The notes under the pieces were generated by a model that saw nothing but the letters and a program-made list of their open reading frames with translations, searched no databases and was not told the DNA's origin. A DNA stretch of 32,000 nucleotides from Thermococcus kodakarensis KOD1 (GTDB taxonomy: Archaea; Methanobacteriota_B; Thermococci; Thermococcales; Thermococcaceae), in contig NC_006624.1 in NCBI RefSeq assembly GCF_000009965.1, forward strand, positions 990,001 through 1,022,000, read 5' to 3'. Below are positions 24,724 through 32,000 of this stretch, piece after piece (the stretch's first letter is position 1; each line of letters starts with the position of its first letter). The position numbers and the translations under genes are program-made.

Positions 24724-24766
24724 TTTATAAAGGGTTTGTCCTTTAGTAACTTACGGTAACCAAAAA
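24724..24766 (+). promoter_or_regulatory. cdc48 promoter (TATA TTTATAAA 24724-24731) with a Phr-type heat-shock operator
   Basis: CTTTAGTAAC-TTA-CGGTAA-CC-AAAAA (24741-24766). The spacing from TTTA to GGTAA is 13 nt, the same as at hsp20. Confidence 0.6.
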
Positions 24767-24782
24767 CTAAGAGGTGATGCTC

Positions 24783-27173
24783 ATGAGTGAGAGGAGAGAG
24801 GTCAAGCTCAAGGTTGCCTCTGCCTACCAGAGGGACGTTGGCAGGGGGATCGTGAGGATTGACAGGAAAGCCATGCGCGAGCTTGGCGTCCAGTCAGGTG
24901 ACATAGTCGAGATCATAGGTACCAAGAACACCGCTGCAGTTGTCTGGCCAGCCTATCCAGAGGACGAGGGGCTTGGCATCATAAGGATGGACGGTACGAT
25001 CAGGAAGAACGCCGGTGTTGGTCTCGGCGACGAGGTCACCGTGAGAAAGGCCGACGTCAAGGAGGCAAAGAAGGTCATAGTCGCTCCGACTGAGCCGATA
25101 CGCTTCGGCGCTGACTTCGTCGAGTGGCTCCACAGCAGGCTCGTCGGAAGGCCCGTAGTCAGGGGAGACTACATCAAGATCGGCATACTCGGCCAGGAGC
25201 TGACATTCGTAGTTACCGCCACAACTCCAGCGGGGATCGTTCAGATAACCGAGTTCACCGACTTCCAGGTGAGCGAGAAGCCAGTTAAGGAGGTCAGCAA
25301 GGCAACCGCCCTCGGAGTGACCTACGAGGACATAGGTGGCCTCAAGGACGTCATCCAGAAGGTTAGGGAGATGATAGAGCTCCCGCTCAAGCACCCGGAG
25401 CTCTTCGAGAAGCTCGGCATTGAGCCGCCTAAGGGTGTGCTCCTCTACGGACCACCGGGAACGGGTAAGACACTCCTGGCTAAGGCCGTTGCCAACGAAG
25501 CCAACGCTCACTTCATAGCCATCAACGGACCGGAAATAATGAGCAAGTACTACGGCGAGAGCGAGGAGAGGCTTAGGGAGGTCTTCAAGGAGGCTGAGGA
25601 GAACGCGCCGGCGATAATCTTCATTGACGAGATCGACAGCATTGCGCCGAAGAGAGAGGAGACCCACGGTGAGGTCGAGAAGAGGGTTGTCAGCCAGCTG
25701 CTAACGCTAATGGACGGCCTCAAGAGCCGCGGAAAGGTCATAGTCATCGGTGCCACCAACAGGCCGGACGCGATTGACCCGGCCCTGAGGAGGCCTGGAA
25801 GGTTCGACAGGGAAATTGAGGTCGGCGTTCCCGACAAGCAGGGCAGAAAGGAGATACTCCAGATCCACACCAGAGGAATGCCGATCGAGCCCGAGTTCAG
25901 GAGGGACAAGGTAATCGAGATACTCGAGGAGCTTGAGAAGAACGACACCTACCGCGAGGCCGCTGAGAGGGCTATCATGAAGGTCAAGAAGGCCAAAGAC
26001 GAAGAGGAGATCAGGAGGATCCTCAGGGAGACCGACGAGAAGCTCTACGAGGAGGTCAGGGCGAAGCTTATCGATGCACTCCTCGACGAGCTGGCTGAGG
26101 TTACGCACGGCTTCGTCGGTGCCGACCTGGCAGCACTCGCCAGGGAGGCTGCAATGGCAGCTCTCAGGAGGCTCATCAACGAGGGCAAGATCGACTTCGA
26201 GGCCGAGTACATACCGAAGGAAGTCCTCGACGAGCTCAAGGTCACGAGGAGGGACTTCTACGAGGCCCTCAAGATGGTCGAGCCGTCAGCTCTCAGAGAG
26301 GTGCTCCTGGAGGTTCCAAACGTCCGCTGGGACGACATCGGCGGCCTTGAAGATGTCAAGCAGGAGCTCAGAGAGGCAGTCGAGTGGCCTCTCAAGTATC
26401 CCGAGGCATTCATGGGTCTCGGCATAACACCGCCGAAGGGAATACTCCTCTACGGTCCGCCGGGAACCGGTAAGACTCTCCTCGCCAAGGCAGTCGCCAA
26501 CGAGAGCGAGGCCAACTTCATAGCAATCAAGGGTCCAGAGGTGCTCAGTAAGTGGGTCGGTGAGAGCGAGAAGAACATCCGCGAGATCTTCAGGAAGGCT
26601 CGCCAGGCCGCACCAACCGTGATATTCATCGACGAGATTGACGCCATCGCCCCGAGAAGAGGAACCGACGTGAACAGGGTCACTGACAGGTTGATCAACC
26701 AGCTGCTCACTGAGATGGACGGAATCCAGGAGAACAGTGGCGTGGTCGTCATTGGTGCCACCAACAGGCCGGACATTATCGATCCAGCACTCCTCAGGCC
26801 AGGAAGGTTCGACAGGCTGATACTTGTACCAGCTCCAGACGAGAAGGCCAGGCTCGAAATATTCAAAGTCCACACCAGAAGAGTACCGCTTGCAGGTGAT
26901 GTTGACCTTAGGGAGCTCGCCAAGAAGACCGAAGGCTACACCGGCGCAGACATAGCGGCAGTGGTCAGGGAGGCTGCGATGCTCGCCATGAGGAGGGCCC
27001 TGCAGGAGGGCATCATAAGACCCGGCATGAAGGCCGACGAGATAAGGGGGAAGGTCAAGGTCACCATGAAGGACTTCGAGGAGGCCCTCAAGAAGATCGG
27101 GCCGTCAGTGAGCAAGGAGACCATGGAGTACTACAGGAAGATCCAGGAGCAGTTCAAACAGGCTCGCGGATGA
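24783..27173 (+). CDS. cdc48: Cdc48/VCP/VAT-type double-ring AAA+ ATPase
   Basis: N domain ([21 protein letters not shown]), then two AAA modules, each with [17 protein letters not shown] and IIFIDEID Walker motifs and second regions of homology. ATG 24783 lies 6 nt after GAGGTGA. Confidence 0.93.
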   Translation: MSERREVKLKVASAYQRDVGRGIVRIDRKAMRELGVQSGDIVEIIGTKNTAAVVWPAYPEDEGLGIIRMDGTIRKNAGVGLGDEVTVRKADVKEAKKVIVAPTEPIRFGADFVEWLHSRLVGRPVVRGDYIKIGILGQELTFVVTATTPAGIVQITEFTDFQVSEKPVKEVSKATALGVTYEDIGGLKDVIQKVREMIELPLKHPELFEKLGIEPPKGVLLYGPPGTGKTLLAKAVANEANAHFIAINGPEIMSKYYGESEERLREVFKEAEENAPAIIFIDEIDSIAPKREETHGEVEKRVVSQLLTLMDGLKSRGKVIVIGATNRPDAIDPALRRPGRFDREIEVGVPDKQGRKEILQIHTRGMPIEPEFRRDKVIEILEELEKNDTYREAAERAIMKVKKAKDEEEIRRILRETDEKLYEEVRAKLIDALLDELAEVTHGFVGADLAALAREAAMAALRRLINEGKIDFEAEYIPKEVLDELKVTRRDFYEALKMVEPSALREVLLEVPNVRWDDIGGLEDVKQELREAVEWPLKYPEAFMGLGITPPKGILLYGPPGTGKTLLAKAVANESEANFIAIKGPEVLSKWVGESEKNIREIFRKARQAAPTVIFIDEIDAIAPRRGTDVNRVTDRLINQLLTEMDGIQENSGVVVIGATNRPDIIDPALLRPGRFDRLILVPAPDEKARLEIFKVHTRRVPLAGDVDLRELAKKTEGYTGADIAAVVREAAMLAMRRALQEGIIRPGMKADEIRGKVKVTMKDFEEALKKIGPSVSKETMEYYRKIQEQFKQARG

Positions 27174-27201
27174 TCCAGGGGTCGTAACCCCCATCCCCTA
27201 A

Positions 27202-27224
27202 TTTATCTCTTTTTGAGCTCTTTT
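27202..27224 (+). terminator. oligo-T zone after cdc48
   Basis: TTTATCTCTTTTTGAGCTCTTTT, with a T5 at 27210-27214. It overlaps the TTG 27213 start proposed by the ORF track for the next gene. Confidence 0.4.
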
Positions 27225-30200
27225 GAACTCGACCGTGGAGATAACATTTTAAGCCTTCCAGTTGAAACCTTTGCGGTGGTGCTTTTGGAGAACCTGGAAC
27301 AGGTTTATGAGAGGATAAAACTGGCCGCTAAACAGGCCTCAAATGAGGAGGAACTGCGGCACAACGTTTCTAAGGTTCTTGATGAGATTGCGAGAGAATT
27401 TGGAGTATCTGGCAGGCTGGAGAAGTCAACTCAGCTCCTTGAATCAAAGAAGGTCTTTAGGGGCAGGATAGACGCCCTCTATGGCGGTGTTATTATAGAG
27501 TACAAGTCTCCAGGAAAACTGAAGGAAAAGCAGGCATTTAACTCCGCCCTCGACCAGGTCATAAACTACATCAAATCAGAGGCCAAAAGCGAGGAGTTTT
27601 ATCCGTATTACCTTGGAGTGCTCTTCGACGGTTCAACGATAGCGTTTGTTAGGTACTGGGGAGGCAGTTTCAAGGTCAACGGCCCGCTTCCGTTCACGTT
27701 TGAGGCCTTTGAGCACCTCGTTGATGCCCTCAGGGGCCTGACGAGGAAGCCCCTCGATGCGGAGATGCTTTTGAGGGACTTTGGGCCAAAAAGCCGGATA
27801 ACGGAAGAAGTCCTCAGAGCGTTCTATAGCGCCCTTGAGTCGCCAAAATCGGATAGAACTGAGATGCTCTTTGAGGACTGGAGGAGGATATTCTCCCAGG
27901 TCTGCTCCTACACCCCGGAGAAGCTGAAGAAGCTGGCCGAGTTCTACGGGTTCAAGGAGGCCGACCCCGAGAGGCTGACCTTCGCACTGCACACCTACTA
28001 CACCCTTCTGATGAAGCTCATCGTCAGCGAGATAGTCAGCGTCCTCTCGGAGGGCCTGACTGGTTCCGTACTGGCGAGGCTCAACGAGAGCTACCTGAGC
28101 GATGTTGAGTCCTTCAGGTTCGTGCTCACCGAGCTTGAGGACGGGGGACTGTTCAGACAGCTGGGCATAAGGAACTTCCTGGAAGCGGACTACTTCGCCT
28201 GGTACCTTGAGGAGTGGAGCGGAGAGGTGGCTAGGGCAGTTTATGAAATCACTAAGGCACTCATGGACTACGAACCCGCGACAGTTGAACAAACCCCTGA
28301 GAGGGTGGAAGACCTCTTCAAGAGGCTCTACCAGAACCTCGTCCCGAGGGAGATAAGGCACAGCCTCGGGGAGTACTTTACGCCCGACTGGCTCGCGGAG
28401 CTGACGCTGGACGAAGCTGGTTACGATGGAAACCCCGAAAAGAGGGTTCTCGACCCGGCCTGCGGCTCCGGGACTTTCCTCGTGCTGGCGATAAAGAGGG
28501 CGAAGGAGTGGGGGCTGAGGCACTGGGGAACCTCTGCCGATGCCCAGCTCCGGCTCCTTGAGTCAATAACGAGCAACATAGTCGGGATAGACCTCAACCC
28601 GCTGGCAGTCCTGGCGGCGAGGGGCAACTATCTCATCGCCCTCGGGAAGCTCATACGCTACAGGGTTGACGACATCACGATACCAGTTTATCTAGCCGAC
28701 TCGATAACAGTAAGTACGAAAACATCAGCCAGGGGAGGCAAGAGGATAGCCCTCAAGACGGTTGCCGGTGAGTTCGAGGTTCCCAAGGAGGTCATAGACT
28801 CAAAGCTGATGGACAAGGTTTTCCAGGCCATAGAGGACGGCCTGAGGCGGAACATGAAGAAGGGGCAGTTCATCGTTTACCTTCACATGAAGCTCGGCGG
28901 AAAGAGGCTTAGCGACGATACCATTGATGCCATCTCCGTTCTGTACGAGAAACTGTGGAAGCTTGAGCAGGAGGGCAAGGATAGGATATGGACGAGGGTT
29001 CTGAGGAACGCCTTCGCACCGCTCACGATAGGGAACTTCGACTTCGTGATCGGGAACCCGCCGTGGATAAACTGGGAGAGCCTGCCAGAGAACTATCGAG
29101 AGCTGACGAAACCGCTCTGGGAGTACTACGGGCTTGAAAAAGGCTCGGGTAAGGGTATGGGCAGGGTAAAGAGGGACATGAGCATGCTCTTCGTCGCGAG
29201 GACATTCGACCGCTACCTCAAGCCCGGCGGGAGGCTGGCCTTTCTTGTTCCCTTCACGCTCTTCAAAACGCAGGCGGGAGCGGGATTCAGAAGGTTCCTC
29301 ACCTACGGAAGAAGACGGGAGCCGAGGATACCCGTTAAGCTCCTGAAGGTTCACGACCTCGTTACACTTTACCCCTTCGAGGGGGCCACCACGAGGACTG
29401 GCCTATTGGTCATCGAGAAGACCGAGAAGACCGAGTTCCCGGTTCCGTTGATTGTCTGGAACTGGCCGGACACCAGGGGGGCGGACGTTGAGGCAACCCT
29501 TGAAGAAGTGAAGGAAAAGGCGGCGATTCACCAGCTCGTCTTCATGCCGATCGAGGAGGGGAAGCCAGAGAGCCCGTGGATGATGACGACGGTGAAGGCC
29601 TACGAGGGGCTTAAGAAAGCTTTGGGGAGCTCGGAGTATAGGGCCTATGCTGGAGTTTTTACAGGATTAGATGGAGCTTACTGGGTTGAAATTATTCGTG
29701 AAGTTGCCCCAGGGAGAGTACTAATTCAGAATGTCGGTAAAACCATGAAAAAGTCTATCAAAAGAGTCCAGAAAGTTGTAGAAACAGATCTTATATTTCC
29801 AGTTCTACGCGGAAAGAATGCAAAAAAATGGTACTGCAACCCAGAAGGGTGGATACTCCTGCCAATAGACAAAAACGGTGATATCATTCCACCTTCAGAG
29901 CTCAAACTCAAGTATCCACTGACATATGATTTCTTTACAGCGCTCCTAGATGAACTCATAAGCAGAAATGCAGAACCCTTTAAAACAAAGTTAAGAATTT
30001 ACAAGGAAAAGCCAATTGAAATAGCAGAAAGATCAGGAATGCCTTTCTATGCAGTCCTTAACTCACAAGTCTCAATAGCTCCATACAAAGTTGGTTGGAA
30101 ACATATATCCGGAGCTATAAGCGGAAAAGCCCAATTGGATGTTTTCGTGATACCAACTTTACAGGACAAACCAATGATTCCAACTCATGGCATTATGCAC

Positions 30201-30656
30201 ATTCCCACATCCTCAGAAGACGAAGCCCACTACATCGCCTCGATACTCAACTCCACAATAGCCCGCTTTATCGTTGCCAGCTATGGCCTCGAGGTCCACA
30301 TAACAACTGACGTTCCAAAGAGAATTTACATTCCGACCTTCGACCCATCTAACCAACTCCACCTCGAACTCGCGGAGCTTTCAAAGAAGGCGCACGAAAT
30401 AGCGAAGGAAAAGTACGAACTCCTTGACCGGATAAAGTCCCTCAAGAAGTCCCTGAAGGGCACCAGAGGCGAGGAGAGGAAGAGAATAAAGGACGAGATT
30501 AGGGAACTCGAAGAAGAACTCGCCGAGGTTGAGAAGAAGCTTGGGGAAGTCGAGAAGGAGATAGACGAGAAAGTCGCCGAGCTGTACGGCATAACCTGGG
30601 AGGAGCTTGAGGAGATAGAGCGGCTCTACACCGTGCTCATGAACGCCGAACCCTGA
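27213..30656 (+). CDS. single-polypeptide Type IIG/IIL restriction-modification enzyme: N-terminal PD-ExK nuclease, gamma-class N6-adenine methyltransferase, TRD and C-terminal coiled coil
   Basis: Nuclease motif GRIDALYGGVIIEYK (D-X8-E-X-K, 27462-27506). Methyltransferase motif I VLDPACGSGTF (28446-28478) and motif IV NPPW (29055-29066). The Eco57I/TaqI_C-like tail ends VAELYGITWEELEEIE. The start is uncertain because there is no in-frame ATG near the 5' end: candidates are TTG 27213 or GTG 27276/27279, about 25 nt downstream of TATA-like CATTTTAAGCC. Confidence 0.85.
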   Translation: MSSFELDRGDNILSLPVETFAVVLLENLEQVYERIKLAAKQASNEEELRHNVSKVLDEIAREFGVSGRLEKSTQLLESKKVFRGRIDALYGGVIIEYKSPGKLKEKQAFNSALDQVINYIKSEAKSEEFYPYYLGVLFDGSTIAFVRYWGGSFKVNGPLPFTFEAFEHLVDALRGLTRKPLDAEMLLRDFGPKSRITEEVLRAFYSALESPKSDRTEMLFEDWRRIFSQVCSYTPEKLKKLAEFYGFKEADPERLTFALHTYYTLLMKLIVSEIVSVLSEGLTGSVLARLNESYLSDVESFRFVLTELEDGGLFRQLGIRNFLEADYFAWYLEEWSGEVARAVYEITKALMDYEPATVEQTPERVEDLFKRLYQNLVPREIRHSLGEYFTPDWLAELTLDEAGYDGNPEKRVLDPACGSGTFLVLAIKRAKEWGLRHWGTSADAQLRLLESITSNIVGIDLNPLAVLAARGNYLIALGKLIRYRVDDITIPVYLADSITVSTKTSARGGKRIALKTVAGEFEVPKEVIDSKLMDKVFQAIEDGLRRNMKKGQFIVYLHMKLGGKRLSDDTIDAISVLYEKLWKLEQEGKDRIWTRVLRNAFAPLTIGNFDFVIGNPPWINWESLPENYRELTKPLWEYYGLEKGSGKGMGRVKRDMSMLFVARTFDRYLKPGGRLAFLVPFTLFKTQAGAGFRRFLTYGRRREPRIPVKLLKVHDLVTLYPFEGATTRTGLLVIEKTEKTEFPVPLIVWNWPDTRGADVEATLEEVKEKAAIHQLVFMPIEEGKPESPWMMTTVKAYEGLKKALGSSEYRAYAGVFTGLDGAYWVEIIREVAPGRVLIQNVGKTMKKSIKRVQKVVETDLIFPVLRGKNAKKWYCNPEGWILLPIDKNGDIIPPSELKLKYPLTYDFFTALLDELISRNAEPFKTKLRIYKEKPIEIAERSGMPFYAVLNSQVSIAPYKVGWKHISGAISGKAQLDVFVIPTLQDKPMIPTHGIMHIPTSSEDEAHYIASILNSTIARFIVASYGLEVHITTDVPKRIYIPTFDPSNQLHLELAELSKKAHEIAKEKYELLDRIKSLKKSLKGTRGEERKRIKDEIRELEEELAEVEKKLGEVEKEIDEKVAELYGITWEELEEIERLYTVLMNAEP

Positions 30657-30718
30657 TAAATAGGGCAGAGAGCAGCGAAGCCGAGAAAAACAGTATGAAA
30701 ACCGGAAACTAGCGACTG

Positions 30719-30740
30719 CCTTTTTCTTTTGTTCTGATTT
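30719..30740 (+). terminator. oligo-T terminator after the Type IIG gene
   Basis: CCTTTTTCTTTTGTTCTGATTT. The same convergent gap carries T-tracts for the minus strand (AAAAA at 30686-30690). Confidence 0.5.
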
Positions 30741-30765
30741 GAGCAATCGGAGGAGGGGAGGAGCG

Positions 30766-30915
30766 TCAGGCGACCCACTCAACCTCATAATCAACTGCCC
30801 TAAAGTCCCTCATCTTCTTTCTTGCTATTTCCTCTGCCTTCCCAGGGTCGTTGGTCACGACTATGACTTCCTCGGGGAGGGAATCGGTTCTGTAGTAAAC
30901 GATCCTCGCGAGCAT
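30766..30915 (-). CDS. unannotated small ORF (49 aa): MLARIVYYRTDSLPEEVIVVTNDPGKAEEIARKKMRDFRAVDYEVEWVA
   Basis: Below the ORF-track size cutoff; translated by hand. GGAGGTGAT lies 3-4 nt upstream of the ATG (30915). TATA-like GGCTTTTAAATTG lies about 50 nt upstream on the minus strand. Codon usage is host-like and GC-rich, in contrast to the AT-rich flank. Confidence 0.5.
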   Translation of the reverse strand: MLARIVYYRTDSLPEEVIVVTNDPGKAEEIARKKMRDFRAVDYEVEWVA

Positions 30916-31160
30916 GATATCACCTCCAGTTAATCACTCCGAGTGAAAAGCATCAGTTTCAATTTAAAAGCCTTACTGAATAATAAAAGACATCAATGAA
31001 CGAAAATTTTGCTGATTTTGGCAGGATGGATGTACATAAATGTAGTAATGGCTCAAGATGCACATCAGAAGAATCGAAGTAAAAACGTAATGATGCATAA
31101 ATTAAAGAGCTTATGCAAAAATTTTTAAATTCTTCGATTTCTACTGAAAGACGTGGTACT

Positions 31161-31562
31161 ATGAAAAATAAGAACAATGACCTAGAAATAATACTGAGCA
31201 TGATAAACGTACTAATTGGAGCCTTTGGAATCATAACCATTCCTGCAATGGTCTCGCAGCTTTACCTGTATTATGTGCTAGAGAAAGGAGGAAGAGAGTT
31301 CACAAGAGAGGGCGTCCTCGGCGGATTTATAGCGCTCAACGGACTGCTGGCATTGGCGGTACGCTCGAATGATGGGATGTTCTCAGAGGTGGCAATCCTC
31401 GCGACTGCGATGGCAACCATCGCGTTTTTATTGTACGCGGTGCATCTTGAAGTGGTGTGGAACCATGAAGTTCGCGGGGATCAGCCTCAACGAGCCGAGG
31501 ATAATGGGAGTGATAAACATCTCTCCAGAGAGCTTCTACAAGGGAAGCGTCAGAAACGATGA
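31161..31562 (+). CDS. hypothetical small membrane protein (133 aa from ATG 31161)
   Basis: Three hydrophobic segments (VLIGAFGIITIPAMV, GGFIALNGLLALAV, VAILATAMATIAFLLYAV). TATA-like TTTTTAAAT (about 31122-31130) upstream. The 3' end overlaps the next gene by 98 nt, so the C-terminal tail is doubtful. Confidence 0.45.
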   Translation: MKNKNNDLEIILSMINVLIGAFGIITIPAMVSQLYLYYVLEKGGREFTREGVLGGFIALNGLLALAVRSNDGMFSEVAILATAMATIAFLLYAVHLEVVWNHEVRGDQPQRAEDNGSDKHLSRELLQGKRQKR

Positions 31563-32000
31563 AGAAAAGCTGATAGAAACTGCTCTGAGAATGGTGGAAG
31601 AGGGAGCGAGCTTCATTGACATTGGGGCAAAGTCCACGGCTCCCTATCTAGAGACCCAGATACCGGTTGAAGAAGAGATTAGAAGGGCGGTCTGGGCAGT
31701 GAAAACGATCCGCAACCACGTTGACGTTCCCATAAGCATTGACACAACAAACGCGAAGGTCGCGGAAGAGGCCATAAAAGCTGGCGCTGATATAATCAAC
31801 GACGTAACTGGCCTGAAAGGGGATCCCGAGATGCCCAAAGTCGCCGCTGACTACGGTACCCCCGTTGTCCTCTGCGCCCACGGTGAGGTAAGGAACCTCA
31901 GCGATCCGGTTCGCACCGTCATGGACTTCCTTCAGGAAAGCCTCAGGATAGCCGAAAGACACGGGATTGAAGACGTTGCAGTTGATCCTGCCATCGGCTT
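31465..32000 (+). CDS. dihydropteroate synthase-like pterin-binding protein, 3'-truncated by the window edge
   Basis: Hand translation from ATG 31465: MKFAGISLNEPRIMGVINISPESFYKG...EEGASFIDIGAKSTAPY...ISIDTTNAKVAEEAIKAGADIINDVTGL, which are classic DHPS motifs. The frame stays open to the window end. It is absent from the ORF track because there is no stop codon. Confidence 0.8.
   Translation, partial: MKFAGISLNEPRIMGVINISPESFYKGSVRNDEEKLIETALRMVEEGASFIDIGAKSTAPYLETQIPVEEEIRRAVWAVKTIRNHVDVPISIDTTNAKVAEEAIKAGADIINDVTGLKGDPEMPKVAADYGTPVVLCAHGEVRNLSDPVRTVMDFLQESLRIAERHGIEDVAVDPAIG

Noticed and set aside
25887-26090. Intein in cdc48
   Set aside because: The insert is only about 60 aa, K/E-rich and helical. 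It lacks intein block motifs (no N-terminal Cys/Ser splice residue context, no terminal His-Asn).
24894-26873. Several 130-260-aa ORFs antisense to or out of frame with cdc48 (24894-25667, 25550-25948, 25707-26108, 26286-26873, 26450-26923)
   Set aside because: These are shadow frames of a highly expressed, GC3-rich gene. None has independent signals or recognisable domains.
27633-28523. 296-aa minus-strand ORF inside the Type IIG gene
   Set aside because: It is antisense to a region containing the methyltransferase motif I. It is a shadow ORF.
27213-30656. BREX PglX-like interpretation of the large methyltransferase
   Set aside because: The C-terminal YGIT..EE..IE tail and NPPW motif are shared with PglX. 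However, the protein has its own N-terminal PD-ExK nuclease motif, and none of the other BREX genes (PglZ, BrxC, BrxL and so on) are adjacent. A stand-alone Type IIG/IIL enzyme is the simpler call.
31089-31147. Possible C/D box sRNA (ATGATGC ... CTGA, 59 nt)
   Set aside because: The C box is imperfect and there are no D'/C' boxes. The guide regions would be extremely AT-rich, which is implausible for a hyperthermophile. The region is better explained as promoter DNA.
1-32000. CRISPR array, rRNA, transposase, integrase or provirus
   Set aside because: I noticed no regularly spaced direct repeats, no rRNA-like sequence and no recombinase-like ORF on either strand, and no duplicated tRNA fragment marking an integration site.

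Overview
This is a compact, gene-dense archaeal chromosome segment. All homology calls below were made by eye; no searches were run. Protein composition (E/K/I/V-rich), TATA/BRE-like promoters, GGAGGTG ribosome-binding sites, oligo-T terminators and the gene set suggest a Thermococcales (Thermococcus-like) genome; that assignment is inference only. I support about 32 protein genes and 2 tRNAs. Housekeeping genes: RaSEA-like radical SAM, surE, a tRNA-Ser(GCU)/tRNA-Cys(GCA) pair, serS, nth, pgk, the methylmalonyl-CoA mutase catalytic subunit, hsp20, cdc48 and a partial DHPS-like gene. Other recognisable genes are a PadR-ABC exporter operon and a second operon of ABC ATPase, ABC-2 permease and a 737-aa surface protein. 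There is also an MIT+AAA (Vps4-like) ATPase, a small MBL/beta-CASP-like hydrolase and a 1147-aa single-chain Type IIG restriction-modification enzyme. No CRISPR array, rRNA, transposase or integrase was seen. Best candidates for something undescribed: (1) a cytoplasmic protein (13279-15411) fusing an Mrr-type nuclease domain, with an altered catalytic signature, to at least 7 tandem PepSY-like modules; it abuts an unknown 205-aa gene tail-to-tail with zero spacing. (2) The Type IIG enzyme, whose presumed target-recognition segment is a sharply bounded block of about 39% GC inside an otherwise roughly 55-63% GC gene; it is followed by an unannotated 49-aa ORF and a roughly 29% GC island. (3) A heat-shock locus in which the hsp20 and cdc48 promoters share Phr-type operators plus an identical upstream 12-mer. 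That locus also has an unusually long 426-nt non-coding gap containing a 54-nt tract of only G and T and recurrent ACAAAAA/TTTTTGT inverted half-sites.
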